64,000 nt of DNA from Paenibacillus bouchesdurhonensis. Its GTDB lineage: Bacteria > Bacillota > Bacilli > Paenibacillales > Paenibacillaceae. Made by a program: the position numbers and the translations under genes. Shown here piece after piece: positions 39,890 through 49,009 of the stretch; position 1 is the stretch's first letter, and every line of letters starts with the position of its first letter. Below the pieces are notes generated by a model. It had not been told where the DNA came from. It saw nothing but the letters and a program-made list of their open reading frames with translations, and ran no database searches. The DNA lies in the NCBI RefSeq assembly GCF_900155685.1, contig NZ_LT732548.1:2050301-2114300 (forward strand), read 5' to 3'.

Positions 39890-41521
39890 ATGGTCTTGAA
39901 GCGAAAACAAATATTCCGTCTGCAGACTACGATTACCCTGTTAGTGTGCCTTGTTCTCGCTTTCGTATTGTTGATTATATATATCATGTTCAGCGAGCAA
40001 TTCAAAAATCAAACCAGGCGTAATCTGGAAGAGCGCGTCGTAGCGGTATCGCGAACGATGGCTCTTACGCCTTCTGTGCAGGAGGCGCTGCGCAATCCGC
40101 AAAGCTCATTCAATATTCAGCAGTATGCGAATAAGATCCGCCGGCTCAATGACGTTGAATTTGTAGTGGTGATCGACATGGAGGGCATTCGCAGATCCCA
40201 CCCGGATGCGGAGCTGGTCGGAAAGCATGTCGCCGGAGGCGACGAGCAGCCGGTACTTCTGCGCGGGGAGCATAAAATATCAATCGCAGAAGGTACGCTG
40301 GGCACCTCCCTGCGGGCCTTCGTGCCGATTTTTGATGCGGAGGGCAGCCAGGTCGGAGCGGTTCTGACAGGAGTGTTGCTGGGGCGGATATCTGAAGAAG
40401 CATCTAGGAACCAATGGATTTTATACTGGGGGCTTGGGCTCGGAGGATGTATAGGTGCGGTCGGGGCGTATTTGCTTGCCCGCAAAATCAAACAAACGAT
40501 TTACGATATGGAGCCATTCGAAATCGCCAAGCTGCTGAAGGAACGAAACGCGATGCTTCAATCGGCGAAAGAAGGAATAATAGCGGTAGACGAGCATTTG
40601 TCAATTACGCTGATCAATGAAGAAGGACGCCGATTGTTTAGGCAAGCGGGATTGCCTGCCAAGCTGGTGGATGAAGATATTCGGAGCATTTGGCCGAGCT
40701 TGGGGTGCGACAATATTTTGCAAACAGGCGAGTCTATTTCAGATGAAGAAGTAGAGCTAGGAGCAGTGATCGTACGCGTGAGCAGTGTACCTATTCTAGT
40801 GAACGGAGAAGTTGCTGGAGTCATTGCCACCTTTAGAGATAAGACGGAAATCCGGATGATGAATGAGCGATTATCAGGGCTGTCCTCCTATGCCGAAGCA
40901 TTGCGGGCGCAAGCTCATGAATTCCGGAACAAGCTTCATGTCATCTATGGAATGGCTCATATGGCCTATTACGACCAACTGCAAGCATATATTTCGGAGA
41001 CGCTCCAGACGCACGAGTCCGAAGTGGGAGCAGTTACAGAGCAAATTAGAGATCAGGTCATGGCTGGATTCATATTGGGGAAAATGAGCAGAGCCCGGGA
41101 GGCCGGCATTGACTTCGTGCTTCTGAAGCATAGTTTATTGCCGGAGCCTGGCAGCGGCGAAGTCATGCATCATTTAATAACGATATTGGGAAACTTGTTC
41201 GACAATGCCATAGAATCGCTGCAAGCCGATCATCTCGGCCCTGAAACTCCGCTGATCGAGCTCTCCCTTCGTTATGATCCATCCGCTGGCCAATTGCTCT
41301 GCTCTGTTAAAGATAATGGCAGCGGGATTCGCGAGGAAATCCAAGCCACGATATACGACAAGGGGTTTTCGACCAAAGGAGATGACCGGGGAATGGGACT
41401 TTATCTCGTTATGCTAAGGGTAAAAGAGCTGGGCGGAAAAATGGATTGCCTCTCTTTATGGGGAAAAGGGACTCAGTTTACCGTTAGCTTGCCATATGCT
41501 GTAAAGGATGCTGATATATGA
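39890..41521 (+). CDS. Sensor histidine kinase of the DcuS/CitA (SpoOB-type H-box) family
   Basis: The protein has two transmembrane helices flanking a ~150-aa extracytoplasmic domain. The H-box is AHEFRNKLHVIYGMAH. HATPase N and G boxes are present. Confidence 0.8.
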   Translation: MVLKRKQIFRLQTTITLLVCLVLAFVLLIIYIMFSEQFKNQTRRNLEERVVAVSRTMALTPSVQEALRNPQSSFNIQQYANKIRRLNDVEFVVVIDMEGIRRSHPDAELVGKHVAGGDEQPVLLRGEHKISIAEGTLGTSLRAFVPIFDAEGSQVGAVLTGVLLGRISEEASRNQWILYWGLGLGGCIGAVGAYLLARKIKQTIYDMEPFEIAKLLKERNAMLQSAKEGIIAVDEHLSITLINEEGRRLFRQAGLPAKLVDEDIRSIWPSLGCDNILQTGESISDEEVELGAVIVRVSSVPILVNGEVAGVIATFRDKTEIRMMNERLSGLSSYAEALRAQAHEFRNKLHVIYGMAHMAYYDQLQAYISETLQTHESEVGAVTEQIRDQVMAGFILGKMSRAREAGIDFVLLKHSLLPEPGSGEVMHHLITILGNLFDNAIESLQADHLGPETPLIELSLRYDPSAGQLLCSVKDNGSGIREEIQATIYDKGFSTKGDDRGMGLYLVMLRVKELGGKMDCLSLWGKGTQFTVSLPYAVKDADI

Positions 41522-42231
41522 TCCGTGTGCTGATTGTTGAAGATGACCCGATGGTCGCGCAGTTTAATCGATGTTATTTGGAACAGGCTGGCGGATATCA
41601 ATGCATCGGAGCGGCAGCTTCCGTTGACGAGGCTGAGATTTTATTAGAACGCGACAGGCCGCAGCTTATTTTACTGGATTTATTTATGCGGAAAAAAGGC
41701 GGTTTCGATCTGCTTAACAAAATACGCAGCAATGATGCGAATATTGATGTTATTGTTATATCTGCCGCCCGGGATCCGGAAAGTATTAAGAAGGCTCTGC
41801 AGTATGGCGCGGTTGATTATTTAATTAAGCCCTTTAACTTTTCAAGATTTAAAGCGGCGCTTGATAACTATCGTGAAACGTATTACCGCATGAATACACC
41901 GGATAGCATGAGCCAGGACGATCTGGATCAGCTCATTGGAAGATCTCCCGATAGAGGGAGGAATGCAGGCATGCAAAGCTTGCCCAAAGGCTTGACCCCA
42001 GGCACGCTGAAAATATTATGGGAAGCTATAGAGGGACATGGCCGCAGTTTTTCAACCGAAGAACTTGCGCAACTGTCGGGAATTTCACGTGTGTCCGTTC
42101 GCAAGTATCTTGCTTTCCTGCAGGAGATCGGAGTGCTGCAATCAGAGTTGATTTACGGGACAGGGGGAAGGCCAATGGATAAATTTTGGATTTTTCCGGA
42201 TAAGTCCGAGGTGGTAGAGATATATTTTTAA
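41518..42231 (+). CDS. Response regulator of the CitB/DcuR family (receiver plus C-terminal HTH)
   Basis: The receiver domain carries D-D-K residues. The C-terminal HTH reads …QLSGISRVSVRKYLAFLQEIG…. It overlaps the kinase stop codon. Confidence 0.8.
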   Translation: MIRVLIVEDDPMVAQFNRCYLEQAGGYQCIGAAASVDEAEILLERDRPQLILLDLFMRKKGGFDLLNKIRSNDANIDVIVISAARDPESIKKALQYGAVDYLIKPFNFSRFKAALDNYRETYYRMNTPDSMSQDDLDQLIGRSPDRGRNAGMQSLPKGLTPGTLKILWEAIEGHGRSFSTEELAQLSGISRVSVRKYLAFLQEIGVLQSELIYGTGGRPMDKFWIFPDKSEVVEIYF

Positions 42232-42480
42232 ATTATTATACTAAACGTTAAACCCTCATCATTTCTAAATGAAATGGCGGGGGTTTTTGCTGTTAGGACG
42301 GGTGTGGATATCGCTTGAATTTCATTCCACGGCGCAGGATTGTCTACTTACATTACTTAAATAACGATTTCAGTACTTACAAAATCTGTTCGAGAGACGG
42401 AAGCATATATACAATACTTATTATGTGAAAACATGCACAATACCAAATTGCTGCAACAACAAAATGAAGAGGGGAACAGC

Positions 42481-43908
42481 ATGAAAACAAGACAAACAAA
42501 GAGTCTAGCGCTCACCATGGTGGCAGTTATGATGATGGCGCTCATCTTACCGGCTTGCGGAGGCAAGGCAGAATCTGCCGATATCGTAGTGATCGGAGGA
42601 GGCGGAGCAGGAATGTCCGCGGCCATCGAGGCGCATAATCAGGGGGCAAAGGTCGTTCTGCTGGAGAAAATGCCGATGCTTGGCGGAAACACGGCTCGAG
42701 CTGAAGGCGGGCTGAATGCTGCTGGCACGGAATATCAAAAGACGCAAGGGATTGAAGACAGCCCTGAGCTGCATTTCGAAGACACAATGAAAGGCGGCAA
42801 AAATGTAAATAACCCGGATCTCGTCAAGGTGTTGACAGACAACGCTGCGAAGTCGATCCAATTCCTGAAGGAGAACGGCGCCGAATTGTCGGAGGTCGGC
42901 AAAGCCGGAGGCTCCAGTGTTCCGCGCATTCATCGACCGCAGGGCGGGGAAGCGGCAGGTAATTTTATCGTAGTCGCTCTGAAGAAGAAATTGGAGGAAT
43001 TGAATGTTGACGTTCGTCTGCAGCACAGCGTCACGGAAATTGTGACGGATAAGGATGGAAACGTAACTGGGGTCAAGGGTACGGACAAGGAAGGCAAAAC
43101 GTTTGAAGTTCAAGCCAAGGCAGTTATTCTTGCGACGGGCGGATTTGGCGCTAATCTGGACATGGTCGTTAAATATAACTCTGATTTAGAAGGATTCGCT
43201 ACGACGAATGCGCCTGGGGCACAGGGCGATGGCATTCAATTGGCTGAGGCTGTAGGAGCCAAGCTGGTGGATATGAACGAAATTCAAATTCATCCTACGA
43301 CCATTCCGGGCGAAGGCGTCCTTATTACGGAAGGCGTCCGGGGAGACGGAGCGATCCTCGTGAACCAAGAAGGTATTCGGTTTACAAACGAGCTGCTTAC
43401 AAGGGATGTTGTATCTAAGAACATTTTGGTTCAGACCGATAAAATCGCTTACTTGATCTTTAATGATGAGCTTCGTGGAACGCTGAAAGCAACGGATACG
43501 TATTTTGAAATGGGTCTCGTCCAAGAAGGGCAGACAATCGCTGAGCTGGCGGCCAAGATTGATGTCGATGCCGCTGTTCTGGAGGAAACTGTGAATCGTT
43601 ACAGTCAATTTAAAGAGGCTGGCAGGGATGGAGATTTCCAACGCGACGATATGCGCCTCGATTTTACAAAGGGCAGCTATTATGCCATTAAGGTAACGCC
43701 AGGCATCCATCATACGATGGGCGGTGTGATGATTAATACCCAAGCACAAGTGCTGAGCGAAGCGGGCACTGCTATTCCAAACCTATATGCTGCGGGTGAG
43801 GTTACGGGCGGCGTTCACGGTGCTAACCGACTTGGCGGCAATGCGCTGGCCGATATTACCACATTCGGACGCGTTGCTGCTCAGGAAGCTGTGAAATCGC
43901 TCAAATAA
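42481..43908 (+). CDS. Extracytoplasmic lipoprotein FAD-dependent reductase of the fumarate reductase / flavocytochrome-c flavoprotein family (FrdA/UrdA-like)
   Basis: The lipobox is LPACGG. The FAD dinucleotide motif is VVIGGGGAGMSAAIEA. Active-site-region motifs include HPTTIPG, HHTMGGV and GANRLGGNALADI. Confidence 0.75.
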   Translation: MKTRQTKSLALTMVAVMMMALILPACGGKAESADIVVIGGGGAGMSAAIEAHNQGAKVVLLEKMPMLGGNTARAEGGLNAAGTEYQKTQGIEDSPELHFEDTMKGGKNVNNPDLVKVLTDNAAKSIQFLKENGAELSEVGKAGGSSVPRIHRPQGGEAAGNFIVVALKKKLEELNVDVRLQHSVTEIVTDKDGNVTGVKGTDKEGKTFEVQAKAVILATGGFGANLDMVVKYNSDLEGFATTNAPGAQGDGIQLAEAVGAKLVDMNEIQIHPTTIPGEGVLITEGVRGDGAILVNQEGIRFTNELLTRDVVSKNILVQTDKIAYLIFNDELRGTLKATDTYFEMGLVQEGQTIAELAAKIDVDAAVLEETVNRYSQFKEAGRDGDFQRDDMRLDFTKGSYYAIKVTPGIHHTMGGVMINTQAQVLSEAGTAIPNLYAAGEVTGGVHGANRLGGNALADITTFGRVAAQEAVKSLK

Positions 43909-43941
43909 CAGGCATCAATAATGAGAAAAGGGGAGGAAACT

Positions 43942-44292
43942 ATGCGCAGATCGGTAAAAAACGCAGGAGCAGCAACTATAGCTGCATTTCTTGTACTGGC
44001 TGGCTGCTCGGGTGGCGGGCAGTATATCGATGGGATTTATGAAGGAAGCGCCCAAGGGGCCAAAAGCGAGATTAAGGTCTCCGTTGAAGTAAAAGGAGCG
44101 AAGATCGATAAAATCGAAATTATTGAGCATGGCGAAACGCAAAGCATTGTAGATGCGGCCATAGAAACGACGATTCCGGAAATTATTAAGGAGCAGTCTA
44201 CGGATGATATAGATGTCATTTCCGGTGCCTCCAAATCGAGCGAGGCTGTTGTTCAAGCGGTGGAAACCGCACTAAGCAACGCGAAGAAATAA
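43942..44292 (+). CDS. FMN-binding domain lipoprotein (NqrC/RnfG-type FMN_bind), a candidate flavinylation substrate
   Basis: The lipobox is LAGCSGG. The flavinylation-type motif reads DVISGASKSS. The RBS is GGGGAGG. Confidence 0.65.
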   Translation: MRRSVKNAGAATIAAFLVLAGCSGGGQYIDGIYEGSAQGAKSEIKVSVEVKGAKIDKIEIIEHGETQSIVDAAIETTIPEIIKEQSTDDIDVISGASKSSEAVVQAVETALSNAKK

Positions 44293-44306
44293 CCTCAACC
44301 ATAACG

Positions 44307-44343
44307 AAGGGCACCCATATCGTCGTAACGATGGGGTGCCCTT
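44307..44343. terminator. Bidirectional terminator between the FMN-binding protein gene (+) and convergent minus-strand genes
   Basis: The stem is 10 bp (aagggcaccc…gggtgccctt). Confidence 0.55.
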
Positions 44344-44362
44344 ACATAAGGTAGCAAGCTTA

Positions 44363-44641
44363 TTATTGCCTAATGGCAGCTGTAATTTCCTCATCCAGCT
44401 CCAAGGTAATATCATCCTTAAATGCCCGAATACCGTACTCCTTGTATACATACTGCATGATCGCTTCAATAATATTCAACTCGATCAAGTAGCGGCTGCG
44501 TCCATTAGCCCACACCTCTCCGGTATAACCGGTATCTTCATCCCAGCTTAGCTCGACCTGGATATCGGTAGGACGCAAGCCGGTGCGATCTGCGGTGTGA
44601 ATGCAAATTGCGTTAATGATTTCATCCATGCTGAGAATCAT
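44363..44641 (-). CDS. Conserved hypothetical small cytoplasmic protein
   Basis: The 92-aa ORF begins 3 nt after the upstream stop codon, suggesting translational coupling. It has no transmembrane segment. Its coding-like composition is judged by eye. Confidence 0.5.
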   Translation of the reverse strand: MILSMDEIINAICIHTADRTGLRPTDIQVELSWDEDTGYTGEVWANGRSRYLIELNIIEAIMQYVYKEYGIRAFKDDITLELDEEITAAIRQ

Positions 44642-44644
44642 AGG

Positions 44645-45109
44645 TTAGTATCTTCCTCCGCGATTGTTGTAATCATCGTTGCGCGGGCCTTGATAGGTTT
44701 GCGGCTGCGGCTTCTTAAATCTACGGAAGAGGGCAATGGCTATTACGACGATCAAATAGATAGCGAACAGGTTAACGGCCAGGCCGAGCAATTCGCCAAA
44801 GAAACCCATGCCTCCAAACAGTCCACCGAATAGAAGTCCGGCCAATCCACCGACCATCATCCCCTTCATAAAGCTGCCACCGCCAAAAAATCCGGTTCTG
44901 TTGTTATTCATGCCGTTCGTGGTTGAAGTGGATTTGTTCGTCGTATTGGATTCCGATTTGTTCACCGTGCTTGATTTCTTCGGCGTATTGGTAAAGCTTC
45001 GTGGGCCGGATTTAAAGCCACCACCACGTCTGGCATCTGCGAAATCTGTAACCGTGAAAGCAAAGAATAGTGTGAATACCATAACGAGCAGCGTCATTTT
45101 TTTGAACAT
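44645..45109 (-). CDS. Secreted/membrane protein with an Asn/Ser/Thr-rich linker and a C-terminal glycine-zipper transmembrane segment
   Basis: A strong RBS (AGGAGGG) precedes the ATG. The signal peptide is MFKKMTLLVMVFTLFFAF. The glycine zipper reads GGLAGLLFGGLFGGMGFFG and is followed by a basic C-terminus. Confidence 0.6.
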   Translation of the reverse strand: MFKKMTLLVMVFTLFFAFTVTDFADARRGGGFKSGPRSFTNTPKKSSTVNKSESNTTNKSTSTTNGMNNNRTGFFGGGSFMKGMMVGGLAGLLFGGLFGGMGFFGELLGLAVNLFAIYLIVVIAIALFRRFKKPQPQTYQGPRNDDYNNRGGRY

Positions 45110-45306
45110 ACCTAGAGTAAACCCTCCTACTTTAAATGTGTATTTATATAAGAGTATATACGAGTTGCCTTAATAATAGTTTCAATTTTTAAAAGAAAGA
45201 ATCATTTGTATAAAGTGTCATCCAATATTGCATCCTACACAATAAGAAACTGCACCAAAAGCAGATTCAATACATGCCGCAGGTAGGCGAAGGCAGGTGT
45301 TCACTG

Positions 45307-45675
45307 TTGAGTGAAAAAAACATTCTCGCTTATTTCAAGAGCCCGGAAGAAGCGGAGGGTGCTGCTCGGAAGCTGCAGGCCCTTCGGGTTGTGGATTTGT
45401 CCATCGATCGCTTCAGCAAATATCCTGGGGAAGGCTATGATCCTTTAAATCCGATCGCCGGTAATATATCCAGCCTTGCGGAAATTACGCAGGACGGGGA
45501 CATAACCAGCCCATCCGCAGGCATTCTGTCGGCGGCCGACCCGGCCGCAAGCGGAATGAGCCATGGAGGACAGGGAGGGCCGACAGGCCATGATATTCTG
45601 CTTACGGTCGTCGTAGACGAATCGAGTCATCATCAAGCCCTGCGCATCATTGAAGAAGCAGGCGGCATGACGTAA
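45307..45675 (+). CDS. General stress protein, YflT/GSP17M-like (my recollection of the family)
   Basis: The TTG start follows AGGCAGGTG. The N-terminal (…ILAYFKSPEEAEGAARKLQ…) and C-terminal (…ILLTVVVDESSHHQALRIIEEAGG) regions resemble the YflT-type domain. No database search was possible. Confidence 0.4.
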   Translation: MSEKNILAYFKSPEEAEGAARKLQALRVVDLSIDRFSKYPGEGYDPLNPIAGNISSLAEITQDGDITSPSAGILSAADPAASGMSHGGQGGPTGHDILLTVVVDESSHHQALRIIEEAGGMT

Positions 45676-45706
45676 TCGCAAATATCCGAAGGAGGAACAA
45701 AAGATC

Positions 45707-45874
45707 ATGAGCGAGCATAAACAGGACGCAAAGCGCTCCTACTCAGCGAAGTTATCAAAATCCATTGGACATAACGAGGATGTAGAGTTTTCCGAGGAGT
45801 TGGCGGATCAAGAGGACTGGGAGGCGCTAGAACGCAGTGAGCGTGCAGATCGTCGCCAACAGCAACGCCGCTAA
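45707..45874 (+). CDS. Small acidic 55-aa protein, possibly YfhD-like
   Basis: The gene is not in the supplied ORF track because it is under 60 aa. A strong RBS (GAAGGAGGAA) lies 9 nt before the ATG. The sequence reads …VEFSEELADQEDWEALERSERADRRQQQRR. A terminator follows. Confidence 0.45.
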   Translation: MSEHKQDAKRSYSAKLSKSIGHNEDVEFSEELADQEDWEALERSERADRRQQQRR

Positions 45875-45897
45875 CTGCGGCAATTAGGTTGACATTA

Positions 45898-45938
45898 GAG
45901 CAGAAGACATCGTTTTGCGGTCTTTTGCTCTTTTTTTT
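45898..45938 (+). terminator. Intrinsic terminator after the small acidic protein gene
   Basis: The hairpin is gagcagaagac…gtcttttgctc, followed by tttttttt. Confidence 0.65.
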
Positions 45939-46049
45939 CATGGACTATATAACCAGCTTCATATCTTTTATAATTGACCGCTGCCAAATGGATTGACAGC
46001 AAGTTGTCCAGCCTTTTAACTTCAAAGCATACAGACAGGAGGATGCATA

Positions 46050-47177
46050 ATGGACACGATCAAAATAGGCATCGTCGGCGCCGGACAAATCGGAAAGGCA
46101 CATCTGGAGGAGTACATGAATATTCCTGGCGCGGCGATCATTGCCATATGCGATATAAATCTTGAGGAGGCTAAGCGTGTTGCGGCTAAGTACGGCGTAT
46201 CCAATGTTTATGCGGATTACCGGGAAATGCTTCAACAGGAGGAGCTCGACGCCATCGACGTATGTCTTCATAACAATTATCATATGCCGGTAACAACGGA
46301 AGCTCTGGAGGCTGGCATACATGTGTATTGCGAGAAGCCGATCGCGGGCTCTTATGCGGATGGCCTGAAAATGGTAAAGACAGCCAAGGCTTGCGGCAAG
46401 CTGCTTCATATTCAATTAGCGCATCTCTATCATATCGAGACAAGAGCTGCCAAACAATTAATTGATGCGGGCAAGCTCGGCAAGCTATATCATGCTAGAT
46501 CCACAGGTTTTCGGCGTCGCAACAGGCCTTATGTCGACGGCTACGGAACTGCGGCATTTACGAGGAAAGAAACCGCTGGCGGAGGAGCGTTATACGATAT
46601 GGGGGTGTACCATATTGCCCGCATGCTGTATCTGCTGGGGAATCCGCAGGTAGAGCGGATTACAGGGCGCACGTATCAGGAAATGGCAATGGACGAGGAG
46701 CGCAGGCTTCGCTCCGGATTCGATGTCGAGGAGATGGCAGCCGGATTAGTCTGCCTGGAGGGCGGAATAACGCTGGATATTATCGAATCCTGGTCGCTGC
46801 AGCTCGGAGGTCTGGAGGGCAGTTCAATCGTCGGATCGGAAGGGGGGATCCGTTTGCCCGGAGCGGTGTCGGACAGAGAAGCGAATGGCTTCAGCTTCCA
46901 TACGACTATCGCCGACTTGGATATGGATTGCACGGTGAATTTGGAGCGGGCCGATTGGCGCCAGCGGATGCTAAGTCCTTTTCCGAATGCCTATGCAACT
47001 TCCCAGCATCACTGGATTGCAGCTTTGCAGGGGCAGGTGCCGCTGCTGCCTACCGCAGATATCGCACTCAACACGATGTTGATTAGCGAAGGGTTATATT
47101 TGTCTCAACAATTGGAGCGTGAAGTAAGCGCGGAAGAGGTAGCGCGAGGCTCCAAATCCACTTCAATCGTCCTCTAG
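46050..47177 (+). CDS. Gfo/Idh/MocA family NAD(P)-dependent oxidoreductase
   Basis: The N-terminal Rossmann motif is IKIGIVGAGQIGKAH. The EKP motif is present (…VYCEKPIAGS…). The RBS is AGGAGG. Confidence 0.8.
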   Translation: MDTIKIGIVGAGQIGKAHLEEYMNIPGAAIIAICDINLEEAKRVAAKYGVSNVYADYREMLQQEELDAIDVCLHNNYHMPVTTEALEAGIHVYCEKPIAGSYADGLKMVKTAKACGKLLHIQLAHLYHIETRAAKQLIDAGKLGKLYHARSTGFRRRNRPYVDGYGTAAFTRKETAGGGALYDMGVYHIARMLYLLGNPQVERITGRTYQEMAMDEERRLRSGFDVEEMAAGLVCLEGGITLDIIESWSLQLGGLEGSSIVGSEGGIRLPGAVSDREANGFSFHTTIADLDMDCTVNLERADWRQRMLSPFPNAYATSQHHWIAALQGQVPLLPTADIALNTMLISEGLYLSQQLEREVSAEEVARGSKSTSIVL

Positions 47178-47262
47178 CCGCTTGTATAGCGGCTTTTTGT
47201 TTACCTTGATATTATATAGTACAATAAAGGGTATGCGTATGAACCGAGGAGGATAAAACAAC

Positions 47263-48228
47263 ATGATTTGGAAGGAAATAACTATAGATACAACAGAAGA
47301 AGCAGTAGAGATGATTACCAACTTTTTGCATGAAGCAGGAGCCGGCGGCGTAACCATTGAAGAATACGTGGATAACAACAAGCCTAGAGACACTTCCTTG
47401 GGACAATGGTTTGAAATTCCGCCCAATGATATCCCTGAGGGGGAAGCTAGAATAAGCGGTTATTTTCCGGACGGGACGGACATTGATTCGGTCATTGCTT
47501 CCGTGAAGGAACGAATTGCGGAGCTTGCCGGATATGATATCGATGCAGGCCGTGCGGATATAGCAGTGAAGGATGTAAGCGAGGACGACTGGGCGAATAA
47601 CTGGAAGCAATACTTCAAGCCGCTCCGGGTGTCGGAGCGATTGACGATCAAGCCGACCTGGGAGGCGTATGTACCTGAGTCTGAAGAAGAGAAGATCATT
47701 GAGCTGGATCCGGGCATGGCCTTCGGAACGGGGACACATCCGACGACATCGCTTTGCCTCCGTACGCTCGAAGGTGTCATTCAACAAGGCGATGAGGTCA
47801 TTGACGTCGGGACAGGCTCGGGGATACTTGCGATTGGCGCAAGCAAGCTGGGCGCATCTCATGTTCTTGCGTTGGACTTAGATCCGGTAGCTGTCTCCAG
47901 TGCTTTAGAGAATACGAGACTGAATGGTCTTGAGGATCGGATTACTGTTGTAGAGAGCGATCTGTTGTCCGTTTTGAAGCAAGAGTCGGCGGAGCTTAAC
48001 GTCAAGCTTCCGGTTCGTGTTGTCGTTGCTAATATACTAGCGGAAATTATTTTGTTATTTGTCGATGATGTCTACCAGGCGCTGCAGCCGGGTGGCTATT
48101 ATATTGCATCGGGCATTTATAAGAATAAAGAACAAGCCGTGGAGGAAGCGCTGCTTGCCGCGGGATTTGAGATCACGGAAACCGCCAGGGAAGAAGACTG
48201 GGTTGCTTTCGTGGCGAGAAAGAGGTAG
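47263..48228 (+). CDS. prmA: Ribosomal protein L11 methyltransferase
   Basis: The N-terminal region reads MIWKEITIDTTEEAVE…. The SAM-binding motif is VIDVGTGSGILAI. The RBS is GAGGAGG. Confidence 0.85.
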   Translation: MIWKEITIDTTEEAVEMITNFLHEAGAGGVTIEEYVDNNKPRDTSLGQWFEIPPNDIPEGEARISGYFPDGTDIDSVIASVKERIAELAGYDIDAGRADIAVKDVSEDDWANNWKQYFKPLRVSERLTIKPTWEAYVPESEEEKIIELDPGMAFGTGTHPTTSLCLRTLEGVIQQGDEVIDVGTGSGILAIGASKLGASHVLALDLDPVAVSSALENTRLNGLEDRITVVESDLLSVLKQESAELNVKLPVRVVVANILAEIILLFVDDVYQALQPGGYYIASGIYKNKEQAVEEALLAAGFEITETAREEDWVAFVARKR

Positions 48229-48234
48229 CCATTC

Positions 48235-48918
48235 ATGGATTTTTTAAATCAAATATTGCGAATTCCTTTGGATCAGCTGCCCTATTTTTTGATTACGCTG
48301 ATCATTGCTTTTACCGTTCATGAGTTTTCCCATGCTTATTTTGCCAACAAGTTCGGCGATCCAACAGCGAGGCTGCAGGGACGGGTGACGCTTAACCCCG
48401 CTGTCCACTTCGATCTGCTCGGAGTGATTTTGCTTCTGATTGCAGGGTTCGGCTGGGCAAGGCCGGTACCCGTCAACCGGGACAATTTTGATAAGCCGCG
48501 GCAGATGGGGATTATTGTATCCGCGGCAGGCCCGCTCAGCAACTTGCTGCTCGGTTTTCTCGGAACGATGATTTATGTCGCTCTTTCCCAATTCGGCATT
48601 TTAAGCATGATCACGAACGAAATTTTGTTTAATGCCGTACATAATTTTTTCATCATTTTTAATATTATGAACTTCTTTCTGTTCCTATTCAATTTAGTGC
48701 CGCTGCCTCCGCTCGATGGTTACCGCCTGTTGGAGGATATTGTGCCTGACCACGTTAGAATTAAATTGAGGCAGGTTGAACAATGGTCTATTTTAATTTT
48801 CCTAGTCATTCTAATTATCCCGCCGCTTCGCAATATTACGATTGAACCTCTTTACACGGGAGCCAGAACGATTTTTTCCCAGTTTACCAGTTTCTTCATC
48901 ATGCTGTTTGGCGGTTAA
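48235..48918 (+). CDS. Site-2 protease (peptidase M50) family membrane metalloprotease
   Basis: The HEFSH zinc motif sits in a transmembrane helix. The NLVPLPPLDG motif is present. The protein is polytopic and 227 aa. Confidence 0.65.
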   Translation: MDFLNQILRIPLDQLPYFLITLIIAFTVHEFSHAYFANKFGDPTARLQGRVTLNPAVHFDLLGVILLLIAGFGWARPVPVNRDNFDKPRQMGIIVSAAGPLSNLLLGFLGTMIYVALSQFGILSMITNEILFNAVHNFFIIFNIMNFFLFLFNLVPLPPLDGYRLLEDIVPDHVRIKLRQVEQWSILIFLVILIIPPLRNITIEPLYTGARTIFSQFTSFFIMLFGG

Positions 48919-49009
48919 AATCCCCCTTTGATTCAGGGAATAAATACTGGAATCCATAATTCAAAAGTTGTATGATGTTCTTTGGTGAATAAGGTGAGGT
49001 TGATGATAA

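Noticed and set aside
42547-43749. 188-aa and 187-aa ORFs antisense to the flavoprotein reductase gene
   Set aside because: The sense frame carries the complete FAD-binding and fumarate-reductase motifs. The antisense ORFs are spurious.
47212-47862. 216-aa ORF antisense to prmA
   Set aside because: prmA is conserved in sequence and synteny. The antisense ORF is spurious.
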